Positions 27,686 through 35,574 of a DNA stretch of 64,000 nt are shown here, piece after piece. The DNA comes from Minisyncoccota bacterium (GTDB taxonomy: Bacteria; Patescibacteriota; Minisyncoccia; Moranbacterales; UBA2206), in assembly GCA_031291955.1 (NCBI GenBank), contig JARLIA010000015.1:54204-118203 (forward strand), in the 5' to 3' direction. A program made the translations under genes and the position numbers. Numbering within the stretch: the stretch's first letter is position 1; the number at the start of each line of letters is the position of its first letter. The notes below the pieces were generated by a model. It did no database searches. It was given only the letters and a program-made list of their open reading frames with translations, and was not told where the DNA came from.

Positions 27686-28563
27686 CTCGACAAATTCCTG
27701 GCTGCCGTAATCGTATTTTTCAACAGCATAGCGATCGTCATCGGCCCGACGCCACCCGGCACCGGAGAAATCGCACTGGCAACATTTTTCACATTTTCAA
27801 AATCCACATCCCCGACCAACTTGCCATCCGCCATCCGGTTGATTCCGACATCGATCACAGCACTTCCCGGTTGTACCATATCGGCCGAGATTAGTCCAGC
27901 TTTCCCCGTTGCCACTATGAGTATTTCCGCCCGCAAAGTTTTTTCTTTCAAATTACGCGTCCGGGAATGACAGACCGTTACAGTTGCGCCGGCATTGATG
28001 AGCAATGCCGCCAGGGGTTTCCCCACAATATTACTCCGCCCGACTATGACACAATCTTTCCCCGCCACCTCAATATTAGAGCGTTTCAAGAGTTCCAGAA
28101 TCCCGCCGGGCGTGCAGGGCAAAAATCGAGGCCCGTCCGCATCGCCACGCGAAGCGTTGCGGGCGGACTGGCCGATTAACAATCTCCCTGCGTTTTCCGG
28201 ATGGAAACAATCCACATCCTTTCGCGGATCGATCGCTTCGATGATTTTTTGCGTTTCAATATGTTTCGGCAACGGCAACTGCACCAGAATACCGTGAATA
28301 TTTTCATCATCGTTTAACCTGGAAATTAGTTCCATTAATTTCGATTGAGAAATATTTTCTGCCAATTCGTAGCTTGCTGATTTTATTCCCACTTCTTCGC
28401 AATTTCTTTTTTTATTGGCGACATAAATCCGCGAAGCCGGATCACTCCCGACTAAGACCACCGCCAGTCCCGGTGTCATTCCATTTTTTCCCATTTCCAA
28501 AATTTCCGCCTTGAGCTCAAGCTTTATTTCCTCCGCTATTTTTTTCCCATCTAAAATTTTCAC
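27682..28563 (-). CDS. folD: Bifunctional methylenetetrahydrofolate dehydrogenase / methenyltetrahydrofolate cyclohydrolase.
   Basis: KILDGKKIAEEI...YVANKKRNCEEVGI...GILVQLPLP...HSRT...DVGINR is the FolD signature. The ORF track start at 28590 is a TTG. I prefer the GTG at 28563, which gives MKILDGKK as in other FolD proteins; the start codon remains uncertain. Confidence 0.88.
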   Translation of the reverse strand: MKILDGKKIAEEIKLELKAEILEMGKNGMTPGLAVVLVGSDPASRIYVANKKRNCEEVGIKSASYELAENISQSKLMELISRLNDDENIHGILVQLPLPKHIETQKIIEAIDPRKDVDCFHPENAGRLLIGQSARNASRGDADGPRFLPCTPGGILELLKRSNIEVAGKDCVIVGRSNIVGKPLAALLINAGATVTVCHSRTRNLKEKTLRAEILIVATGKAGLISADMVQPGSAVIDVGINRMADGKLVGDVDFENVKNVASAISPVPGGVGPMTIAMLLKNTITAARNLSS

Positions 28564-28581
28564 AATAGTTTTTGTATATAC

Positions 28582-28727
28582 GCTAAGCAAGAGATATTTT
28601 TAAAAAATTCCTGTTTGAGAATACGCTTTTTCTTCAAAATTTTCCTGTGACCGCCTTTGATTGAGGGAAAATTTTGAAAAGAAAAAGCAGTGTTCGAGTT
28701 AATTTTTTAAAAATATCTCTTGCTTAG
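28582..28727. repeat. Long nested inverted repeat (about 146 bp) filling the fhs-folD spacer.
   Basis: Outer arms gctaagcaagagatatttttaaaaaatt (28582-28609) and aattttttaaaaatatctcttgcttag (28701-28727) match 27 of 28. The inner arms ttcaaaattttcc (28633-28645) and ggaaaattttgaa (28666-28678) are perfect. The gctttttctt / aagaaaaagc pair extends the stem. Confidence 0.7.
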
Positions 28728-28740
28728 ACGGCTGAACAAT

Positions 28741-30411
28741 TTAGAACAATCCGGAAATTTTCCCCTCCTCGTCCACATCAATATTCTCCGCCGCCGGCAC
28801 TTTCGGAAGACCCGGCATGGTCATGATGTCGCCGGCCAGCGCCACCACAAATCCCGCGCCGTTTGAAAGACGCAACTCAGAAATATTGAGCGTGAACTTT
28901 TTCGGCCGCCCTAAAACTTTCGGATCATCTGTCAGAGAATATTGAGTCTTAGCGATACAGACAGGCACCTTATCCAATTTTTCCTGCTCCAACTTTTCCA
29001 TCTGCTTTAGAGCTTTTCCGCTAAACACGACTTTTTCCGCGCCATAAATTTTTTGGGCGATCGTTTCAATTTTTGTTTTCAAGTGTTGAGTCTCGGAATA
29101 GAGAAACTTGAAATTGGATTTTTTCTTTTCGAGCGTTTCCAAAACTTTTTTGGCCAGCTCTTCTCCGCCCGCGCCGCCATGCGCCCAGACTTCCGAAATC
29201 TCCGCTTCCACTCCCATAGCTTTGCATTTTTCCAAAATCAATTTTATTTCCGCCCGCGTGTCGGTCGGAAAAATATTGATCGCCACCACAATCGGCACCC
29301 CAAAACGCTTGAGATTTTCAATGTGCTTTTCCAAGTTCCCGATGCCTTTTTTGAGATAAGCCGTACTCGGGATCGCCAGCGCTTCCTTGTCCACTCCACC
29401 GTTATATTTTAAAGCTCGCACCGTGGTCGTCAGTACCACCGCGTCCGGTTTCAAGTTTGCTGCCCGGCATTTGATGCCAAAAAATTTCTCCGCCCCCAGA
29501 TCCGCTCCGAAACCGGCTTCAGTAATGAAATAATCTCCCAGCTTCAAGCCGTAACGCGTCGCCAAAACACTATTGCACCCATGAGCAATGTTGGCAAACG
29601 GTCCGCCATGGATGAGGACCGGCGTGTGTTCCAATGTTTGTACTAAGTTGGGTTTTAGCGCGTCTTTCAAAACAGCCGTCATCGCCCCGGCCGCTTTCAG
29701 TTCCCGGGCATAAACCGGCTCACCTGCGAAATTATAAGCGACGATAATATTTTCCAAACGTTTTTTAAGATCAGCCAGATTTTCGGCCATACAAAGAATG
29801 GCCATCACTTCCGACGCGACCGAAATATTAAACCCGTCTTCCCGCGGCGTGCCCTGCGCTTTTCCGCCCAAGCCCGAAACAACGAACCGCAACTGCCGAT
29901 CATTGAGATCAAGACATCTCTTCCAAACAATCTGGCGCGGATCAATTCGCAGCTCGTTGCCTTGGAAAATATGATTGTCGATCAAGGCTGCCAAAAGATT
30001 GTTGGCGGTCGTCACAGCGTGGATGTCGCCGGTGAAATGTAGATTAATGTCTTCCATCGGCACAACCTGGGCATATCCCCCGCCGGCCGCCCCGCCTTTT
30101 ATCCCCATACATGGCCCGAGCGACGGCTCCCGCAGAGCCAGCAGCGTTTTTTTTCCAAGCTGATTCATCGCCATCGCGAGACCGACAGAGGTGGTCGTCT
30201 TTCCCTCCCCGGCCGGCGTTGGACTGGTGGCTGTCACTAAAATTAATTTGCCATTTTTATTATTTTTTATCCGTTCCCAGAGCGCCGGCTTAAGTTTGGC
30301 TTTATGATCACCATAAAGCTCCAACTCATTTTCCTGGACGCCGGCCTCAGCAGCGATTTCTTTTATCGGCTTCATCTCCGCCTCTTGGGCGATTTGGATG
30401 TCACTTTTCAT
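28741..30411 (-). CDS. fhs: Formate--tetrahydrofolate ligase.
   Basis: 556 aa, collinear with FTHFS, with the P-loop [16 protein letters not shown]. Confidence 0.95.
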   Translation of the reverse strand: MKSDIQIAQEAEMKPIKEIAAEAGVQENELELYGDHKAKLKPALWERIKNNKNGKLILVTATSPTPAGEGKTTTSVGLAMAMNQLGKKTLLALREPSLGPCMGIKGGAAGGGYAQVVPMEDINLHFTGDIHAVTTANNLLAALIDNHIFQGNELRIDPRQIVWKRCLDLNDRQLRFVVSGLGGKAQGTPREDGFNISVASEVMAILCMAENLADLKKRLENIIVAYNFAGEPVYARELKAAGAMTAVLKDALKPNLVQTLEHTPVLIHGGPFANIAHGCNSVLATRYGLKLGDYFITEAGFGADLGAEKFFGIKCRAANLKPDAVVLTTTVRALKYNGGVDKEALAIPSTAYLKKGIGNLEKHIENLKRFGVPIVVAINIFPTDTRAEIKLILEKCKAMGVEAEISEVWAHGGAGGEELAKKVLETLEKKKSNFKFLYSETQHLKTKIETIAQKIYGAEKVVFSGKALKQMEKLEQEKLDKVPVCIAKTQYSLTDDPKVLGRPKKFTLNISELRLSNGAGFVVALAGDIMTMPGLPKVPAAENIDVDEEGKISGLF

Positions 30412-30494
30412 AGGTTACGAAATACAAACAGAAACGAAATACGAAAATACAAACTTTCTTGTTTCGTACTTTCGTTAATTTCACAGTTCGTAAA

Positions 30495-30917
30495 TTAATT
30501 ACCAATTATTTGCAACGCGATCATTCTCGGTCGGGCATCGTCCAACTCCACCGCGAAGATCCGCTGCCACTTCCCCAACTGGAGTTTCGACTTGGCAATA
30601 TTGAGAAAAACCCCGGGCGTGAGAAACAGAGCCTTGCAATGACTGTGTCCGTTTATCGGCTCGTTGGGATTCATGTTGACCGTCCGGATAGAAAAATTGT
30701 CATGCATATACTTGGTTGTTCGTGGCGCCACTTTTTCCAAGGTCTTCTTGAGATCGCCCAAGAGCAACGGTTCAGCTTCCTGAATGATAACCGCCATGGT
30801 GGTGTGCATCGACTGGATATTGATCACCCCGTTTTTCACGCCTTTTTCTTTGATCATTTTCAATACTTTGTCGGTAATGTCGATAAAATCAAGTGTCGCG
30901 TTGGTAGTCAGCTTCAT
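30495..30917 (-). CDS. yjbQ: YjbQ family (UPF0047) protein.
   Basis: The C-terminal NGHSHCKALFLTPGVFLNIAKSKLQLGKWQRIFAVELDDARPRMIALQIIG matches YjbQ. Start taken at the ATG at 30917 (MKLTTN), which is preceded by AAGGA at about 8 nt. The ORF track offers 30938. Confidence 0.7.
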   Translation of the reverse strand: MKLTTNATLDFIDITDKVLKMIKEKGVKNGVINIQSMHTTMAVIIQEAEPLLLGDLKKTLEKVAPRTTKYMHDNFSIRTVNMNPNEPINGHSHCKALFLTPGVFLNIAKSKLQLGKWQRIFAVELDDARPRMIALQIIGN

Positions 30918-30956
30918 GACATGGTTCCTTATTTTCATACTCTGATAATTAAAAAT

Positions 30957-31601
30957 TTAAATTATCTCTTCCAAAACATTGTCTAGAATCACAATTGCTT
31001 TTTTATTTTTTCGCAAAGCCTCCACAGATTCCATAAGTCCATTCACTATAGCGATTATCTTTGGTTGCTTGGAAAGAAAAATCCGCATGGATTTGTCATC
31101 GGGTTTTCGCTCGGCGTATTTGGCAACAACGGCATACCAAAGATGAAAAGTTTCACTCGATACTCCCACGCCCGCGTCGATATAGGGCGGGTTGTTGAAA
31201 AAATTCACGATCTTTTCCCAGTTATTATATTTGTCGTAAACAAGCTCGTCTTCCAAGATCTTGGCCGGCTGGTTATAAAAATCGGTCGTATGTTTCAAAG
31301 AATAGAATTCGTGTTTATTTAAAATTTCCTCCCGCCGCATATCGCACCACAGATGAAATTTCCAGCCTGATTCGAACGATGTAAGTTTGGAAAAATCCAA
31401 ATCAAGCGGATCGAACCGCAGGTGCGTATCCCTCCTTCGGACCTCAGGGTCGATCCGCCGGATGTCCGGAAAAACACACCCGAGCAGAAACTCGTCCCGA
31501 TCCAAATTTTCGGGCGGAATGTTTTTCTCATCCTTTCCCGCAATCTCCAGCCGATCAAAATATTTTCTGGCGTAAACAATGTGCGCGATTTGTGATGCCA
31601 T
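30957..31601 (-). CDS. Hypothetical protein.
   Basis: ORF 30957..31691 trimmed to the internal ATG (MASQIAHIVYARKYF). The region upstream of that ATG looks hydrophobic and non-genic. No family recognised. Confidence 0.4.
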   Translation of the reverse strand: MASQIAHIVYARKYFDRLEIAGKDEKNIPPENLDRDEFLLGCVFPDIRRIDPEVRRRDTHLRFDPLDLDFSKLTSFESGWKFHLWCDMRREEILNKHEFYSLKHTTDFYNQPAKILEDELVYDKYNNWEKIVNFFNNPPYIDAGVGVSSETFHLWYAVVAKYAERKPDDKSMRIFLSKQPKIIAIVNGLMESVEALRKNKKAIVILDNVLEEII

Positions 31602-31678
31602 AAAAAAGTAGCATGTATCTGGTAGTAAGTATAAAGTATTTTCAAAAAAAATAAAAACCGCCGGAATAAAGGCGGTCC

Positions 31679-33142
31679 TTACTCTACCCAATATTTTTTC
31701 TTCATATATTCCTCCTCTCTCTCATTCTCTTCCTTTATCTTCTTCTTCGCGATTCCCCTGATTTCCCCGATTTCCCTTTTCTCCAACTCCGCCGCTCTTT
31801 CCAGAAGTTTTTCTTTCTCGTTTAGTTCCGAATTTTCAATCACCTCCGAAAGCAAAACGTCCAGGATCGCGCCGATCTTTGGTCCGGGCGCCAACTTCAA
31901 TTCTTTCATCAAATCATTGCCGTTTATTTTCAATTGCTTGACCGACACGGCGTCAGACGAAACTTTTTCCACCATGAATTTGAAATGGCGCAATTTATAT
32001 GGCACGGCTTTTGGCACGCCAGACCCAAGCCGATCGGCAATTCGGACGTCGATGAGATCATTGATATTTTCCAGGCCGACTTTCCGCACCACCCGCCGCA
32101 CACCAGCCTCGCCCACTTCGTCGACATTATAATAGAACATATGGTTTTTGACCAATAACACTACTCTATCAATGACTTTCCGGGAAAATTTCAAGCGCTC
32201 CAAAATCCGCTCCGCTATTTTGGCCCCGGCGTATTCGTGATTGTAAAAAGTCGCGTTCTCGCCCTCTCCCCGCTTGGTCTTCGGTTTTCCGACATCATGC
32301 AGCAGCGCCGCCAGGCGCACTTCCAGTTTATCCGACGGGCATTTTTCCAAACTCGCCACCAAGTGCTTGTAAACGGTATTGTACGGTCCATAATAATGAT
32401 GATGGCTCTGCGTGACATCCACCCCAACTTCAATTTCCGGAATGATATATTGCAAAAGTCCAGTTTCATGCAACAATTCTACCCCCTTGGCCGGCGCTGT
32501 AGACAGGATTATTTTTTCCAGCTCGTCCTTGATTCTTTCGACGGAAATATATTTCAAATTCTTGGCGTTCTTCCTAATTGCCTCTAAAGTTTTTTCTTCG
32601 ATGGAAAAATTCAATTGCACCGCAAATCTAATCGCTCTCATCATTCTAAGCGCGTCCTCGTTGAACCGATCATCTGCCTTGCCGACCGCCCGTATAATTT
32701 TATTTTTTAAATCTCCTTGTCCGGAAAAAAGATCAACAATTGCATATTCGCTCTTTTTTTGTAATTTCAACGCCAAAGAGTTTATCGTAAAATCACGCCG
32801 CGACAGATCTTCCTCCAGCGTCTTGGCAAATTTAACCTCATCCGGATGCCGCTTGTCAGTATACTTCGACTCGATCCGATAAGTCGTAATTTCCACCATA
32901 TCAATCGTCTCTTCTCCTTCTTTTATCTTAATTCCGACCGTCCCAAATTCATTCTCATAAACACTGTCCGGAAAAATATCAACTATCTCATCCGGTTTCG
33001 CCAAAGTCGCCACATCCCAATCTTTCGGTTCTTTTCCCAAAAGTAAATCCCGCACGCACCCGCCCACCACAAAAGCCTCAAAGCCGTTCGCTTCAAGTTT
33101 CAAAATCACTTCAATCACATATTGTGGGATCTTGTCTTGCAT
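31679..33142 (-). CDS. cca: CCA-adding tRNA nucleotidyltransferase with a C-terminal HD domain.
   Basis: PolyA-polymerase head domain (GGCVRDLLLGKEPKDWDVAT) plus an HD motif (LLHDVGKP). Consistent with most tRNA genes in the window lacking an encoded CCA. Confidence 0.82.
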   Translation of the reverse strand: MQDKIPQYVIEVILKLEANGFEAFVVGGCVRDLLLGKEPKDWDVATLAKPDEIVDIFPDSVYENEFGTVGIKIKEGEETIDMVEITTYRIESKYTDKRHPDEVKFAKTLEEDLSRRDFTINSLALKLQKKSEYAIVDLFSGQGDLKNKIIRAVGKADDRFNEDALRMMRAIRFAVQLNFSIEEKTLEAIRKNAKNLKYISVERIKDELEKIILSTAPAKGVELLHETGLLQYIIPEIEVGVDVTQSHHHYYGPYNTVYKHLVASLEKCPSDKLEVRLAALLHDVGKPKTKRGEGENATFYNHEYAGAKIAERILERLKFSRKVIDRVVLLVKNHMFYYNVDEVGEAGVRRVVRKVGLENINDLIDVRIADRLGSGVPKAVPYKLRHFKFMVEKVSSDAVSVKQLKINGNDLMKELKLAPGPKIGAILDVLLSEVIENSELNEKEKLLERAAELEKREIGEIRGIAKKKIKEENEREEEYMKKKYWVE

Positions 33143-33251
33143 GCTTTAACTACAATTTGGTCTAGAAATAAAAAATAAAAAGTGCCAATGCGTCTTTTTT
33201 ATTTTCCCATTCCGCGCTATAATAGATGCAAATAATTATTAGTGTCATCCT

Positions 33252-33713
33252 ATGTCCGATCAAAAATCCATCATCACTCTCTTTGAAGAGAACGAACTCA
33301 AAATCAGCCAGCTCTATGACATGTATGCCCAAGCTCTGCCGGATCACAAGGATTTCTGGGAAAAGATTTCTGAGGAAGAGATTGGTCACGCCAATGCTAT
33401 CTCCGACGCTTTCGCCGTCCTGGGGAAAAAAAATGAATATTTCGAAGAAAATAACTTCACCCGCGGTATCATAAAATACGTCAGCGATTTCGTGGAAGAA
33501 CAAATCATGGCCGCGGTCAAGAAAAAGCCCACCCATCTCGAAGCCATCAACGTCGCTCTCCGCGTCGAACAATCAATGCTCGAAAAAAAATGTTTTGAAA
33601 TTTTCATTCCGACCGACGACGCCTTGAAAGATGTCCTAAAAAGACTGAACCAAGACACCGAACGCCACGTCAATCTCTTGCGGAAAGAACTGAAAGATTG
33701 CCAGAAGAAATAA
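33252..33713 (+). CDS. Hypothetical protein, predicted all-alpha and possibly ferritin-like.
   Basis: 153 aa with EE...H motifs and a tataat box upstream. The family assignment is tentative. Confidence 0.35.
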   Translation: MSDQKSIITLFEENELKISQLYDMYAQALPDHKDFWEKISEEEIGHANAISDAFAVLGKKNEYFEENNFTRGIIKYVSDFVEEQIMAAVKKKPTHLEAINVALRVEQSMLEKKCFEIFIPTDDALKDVLKRLNQDTERHVNLLRKELKDCQKK

Positions 33714-33763
33714 ATATCCTTGTGCGCTTGGCAGGAATTTCACCCCGCACCAAAAAATATTTG

Positions 33764-33835
33764 TGTCCCCGCCAAGAATCGAACTTGGATCTAAAGCTTA
33801 GGAGTCTCTTATTCTATCCATTGAACTACGGGGAC
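33764..33835 (-). tRNA. tRNA-Arg(CCT).
   Basis: Reverse complement is GTCCCCG TAGTTCAATGGATAGAAT A AGAGA CTCCTAA GCTTT...CCAAGTTCGATTCTTGG CGGGGAC A. There is one mismatch in the anticodon stem. Confidence 0.7.
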
Positions 33836-33854
33836 AATTATGCCACTCGATTTT

Positions 33855-33923
33855 TGGTGCGGGGCGTGCCTGCGAACGCCCACCTGATAGACGGCGGCGC
33901 TCTATCCACTGAGCTACAAGCGC
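33855..33923 (-). pseudogene. Degenerate tRNA-like sequence. It has a canonical 5' half and an 8-nt anticodon loop, but no proper T-arm or acceptor 3' strand.
   Basis: Reverse complement is GCGCTTG TAGCTCAGTGGATAGAGC G CCGCC GTCTATCA GGTGG GCGTTCGCAGGCACGCCCCGCACCA. The 5' half is canonical. The anticodon stem CCGCC/GGTGG encloses 8 nt rather than 7. The 3' part cannot form a 7-nt T-loop, and nothing complements GCGCTTG. Confidence 0.4.
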
Positions 33924-33937
33924 AGGTTAATAAATTG

Positions 33938-34008
33938 TGGACCTAGGCAGAATCGAACTGCCGTCTCTACAATGCGAATGTAGCGTGCTACCACTATACC
34001 ATAGGCCC
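33938..34008 (-). tRNA. tRNA-Ala(CGC), with the G3:U70 identity pair.
   Basis: Reverse complement is GGGCCTA TGGTATAGTGGTAGCAC G CTACA TTCGCAT TGTAG...GCAGTTCGATTCTGC TAGGTCC A. Confidence 0.8.
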
Positions 34009-34066
34009 GAATAAATTTATTTTTACACTGAATGTTTACACCGAGAGAGCAAAATGAGTCGAAATG

Positions 34067-34140
34067 TGGACGATACTGGGCTCGGACCAGTGACCTCACG
34101 AATGTGAATCGTGCGCTCTAACCAACTGAGCTAATCGTCC
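34067..34140 (-). tRNA. tRNA-Val(CAC).
   Basis: Reverse complement is GGACGAT TAGCTCAGTTGGTTAGAGC G CACGA TTCACAT TCGTG AGGTC ACTGGTCCGAGCCCAGT ATCGTCC A. Confidence 0.88.
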
Positions 34141-34149
34141 GAAAAAAAG

Positions 34150-34222
34150 TGGACCCAAGGAGGTTCGAACTCCTGACCTCTTCCATGCCATGGAAGCGCT
34201 CTACCAACTGAGCTATGGGCCC
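34150..34222 (-). tRNA. tRNA-Ala(GGC), with G3:U70.
   Basis: Reverse complement is GGGCCCA TAGCTCAGTTGGTAGAGC G CTTCC ATGGCAT GGAAG AGGTC AGGAGTTCGAACCTCCT TGGGTCC A. Confidence 0.88.
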
Positions 34223-34322
34223 GCGACTGTCCGCCCTAAACTACAATCTATCATACGAGATTAAATCAAGTTAGTCAATAAAAAGAGCGGGCTCGCCAGA
34301 GATTTCTCCAGCAAGCCCGATG

Positions 34323-35432
34323 TTACTCATCTTTTGCGTCCTCGACCGCAACGTCATACTCTTCTTCAAGAGATTTCATCAACTCCCTGACCGACATAAT
34401 TCGATCCACTCGATAAGCATTCTTTCCAGCGAAGGCAAAGCCATGCTTCAATTTCCCTTTCTTTGCGTTTGCAAGCGCCATGGCAATGCAATAAGGGCTA
34501 TCCGCGCAGTTGCACGAACTTATGCAGTGATAGGGACATTTGAAGGGCTTTTTGTTTCCAGCTTGGACATTCTTTATGAAATCATTTTGTATCGCGCGCC
34601 CAGGAAGCCCGACCGGACTTTCGATAATAACCAAGTCCTCCTCTCTGGCATTTAAGTACGTTTTTTTAAATTCGATGTCCGCATCACATTCATGCGTCGC
34701 GACAAACCGTGTGCCCATCTGCACTCCCGCCGCACCCAGTTGCATTATTTCATAAATATCCGCACCAGTGTAAATTCCACCAGCCGCGATCACTGGGATT
34801 TTAACACCATTTTCACGCTCAAAAATACCTACTGCCTCAACAACTTCCGGAATTAATTTTTCGAGACGATAATTCGGATCGTCGATTTGTTCCAGAGTAA
34901 AACCCAGATGTCCGCCTGCCATCGGACCTTCAACTACAAACGCATCAGGCAGTTTTCCATATCGAGTAATCCATCTTTTGCAAATGATCCGCGCCGCTTT
35001 AGCTGAAGAAATAATAGGCACTAGTTTAGTTTTTGCGCCATTTTTTAAATACTTCGGCAGATCCATCGGAAGTCCCGCGCCAGCGAAAACAATATCCACT
35101 CCCTCTTCGATGGAAGTTTTGACCATATCAGAAAAATTGGTCAGGGCAACCATGATATTCGCACCAACAATGCCATTGGTTACTGCTTTTGCTTTTCTAA
35201 TTTCGTTGCGAAGAATTTCAATACTGGCCTCTTCATAATTTAAATCACCCGAATCGGTCTCTCGTATTAATTCAATGAGAGTCGCCAAGCCAGCAGTGGC
35301 AATTACACCAATTCCATCCTGTTCAGCCACAGCCGAAGCCAAGCCCGAAAGAGAAATTCCAATCCCCATACCACCTTGGATTATGGGCTTAGCAACCAGA
35401 TCACCGATTTTCAATTTTGGAAACGGCATCAT
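34323..35432 (-). CDS. NAD(P)H-dependent flavin oxidoreductase of the nitronate monooxygenase / FabK family.
   Basis: N-terminal IIQGGMGIGISLSGLASAVAEQDGIGVIA and a TIM-barrel FMN-binding pattern (AGGH...AAGGI). The C-terminal extension is Cys-rich. Confidence 0.7.
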   Translation of the reverse strand: MMPFPKLKIGDLVAKPIIQGGMGIGISLSGLASAVAEQDGIGVIATAGLATLIELIRETDSGDLNYEEASIEILRNEIRKAKAVTNGIVGANIMVALTNFSDMVKTSIEEGVDIVFAGAGLPMDLPKYLKNGAKTKLVPIISSAKAARIICKRWITRYGKLPDAFVVEGPMAGGHLGFTLEQIDDPNYRLEKLIPEVVEAVGIFERENGVKIPVIAAGGIYTGADIYEIMQLGAAGVQMGTRFVATHECDADIEFKKTYLNAREEDLVIIESPVGLPGRAIQNDFIKNVQAGNKKPFKCPYHCISSCNCADSPYCIAMALANAKKGKLKHGFAFAGKNAYRVDRIMSVRELMKSLEEEYDVAVEDAKDE

Positions 35433-35574
35433 TATCCCCCTTTATTTTTTTTTGCGCAAACTCGCAGATTGTTAACTACAATCAATTTTCCCCCTCGCCA
35501 TTTTCAAGAACTACCCGCATTCTAACACATCATTTGTTTTTATTCGAGCGACAAGTATAATTAAAGCAATAAAC

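Noticed and set aside
28590-28590. folD start at the ORF-track TTG (28590).
   Set aside because: Using it would place the start inside the big palindrome and add 9 residues not seen in FolD N-termini. The GTG at 28563 gives the conserved M-KILDGK start, though this remains uncertain.
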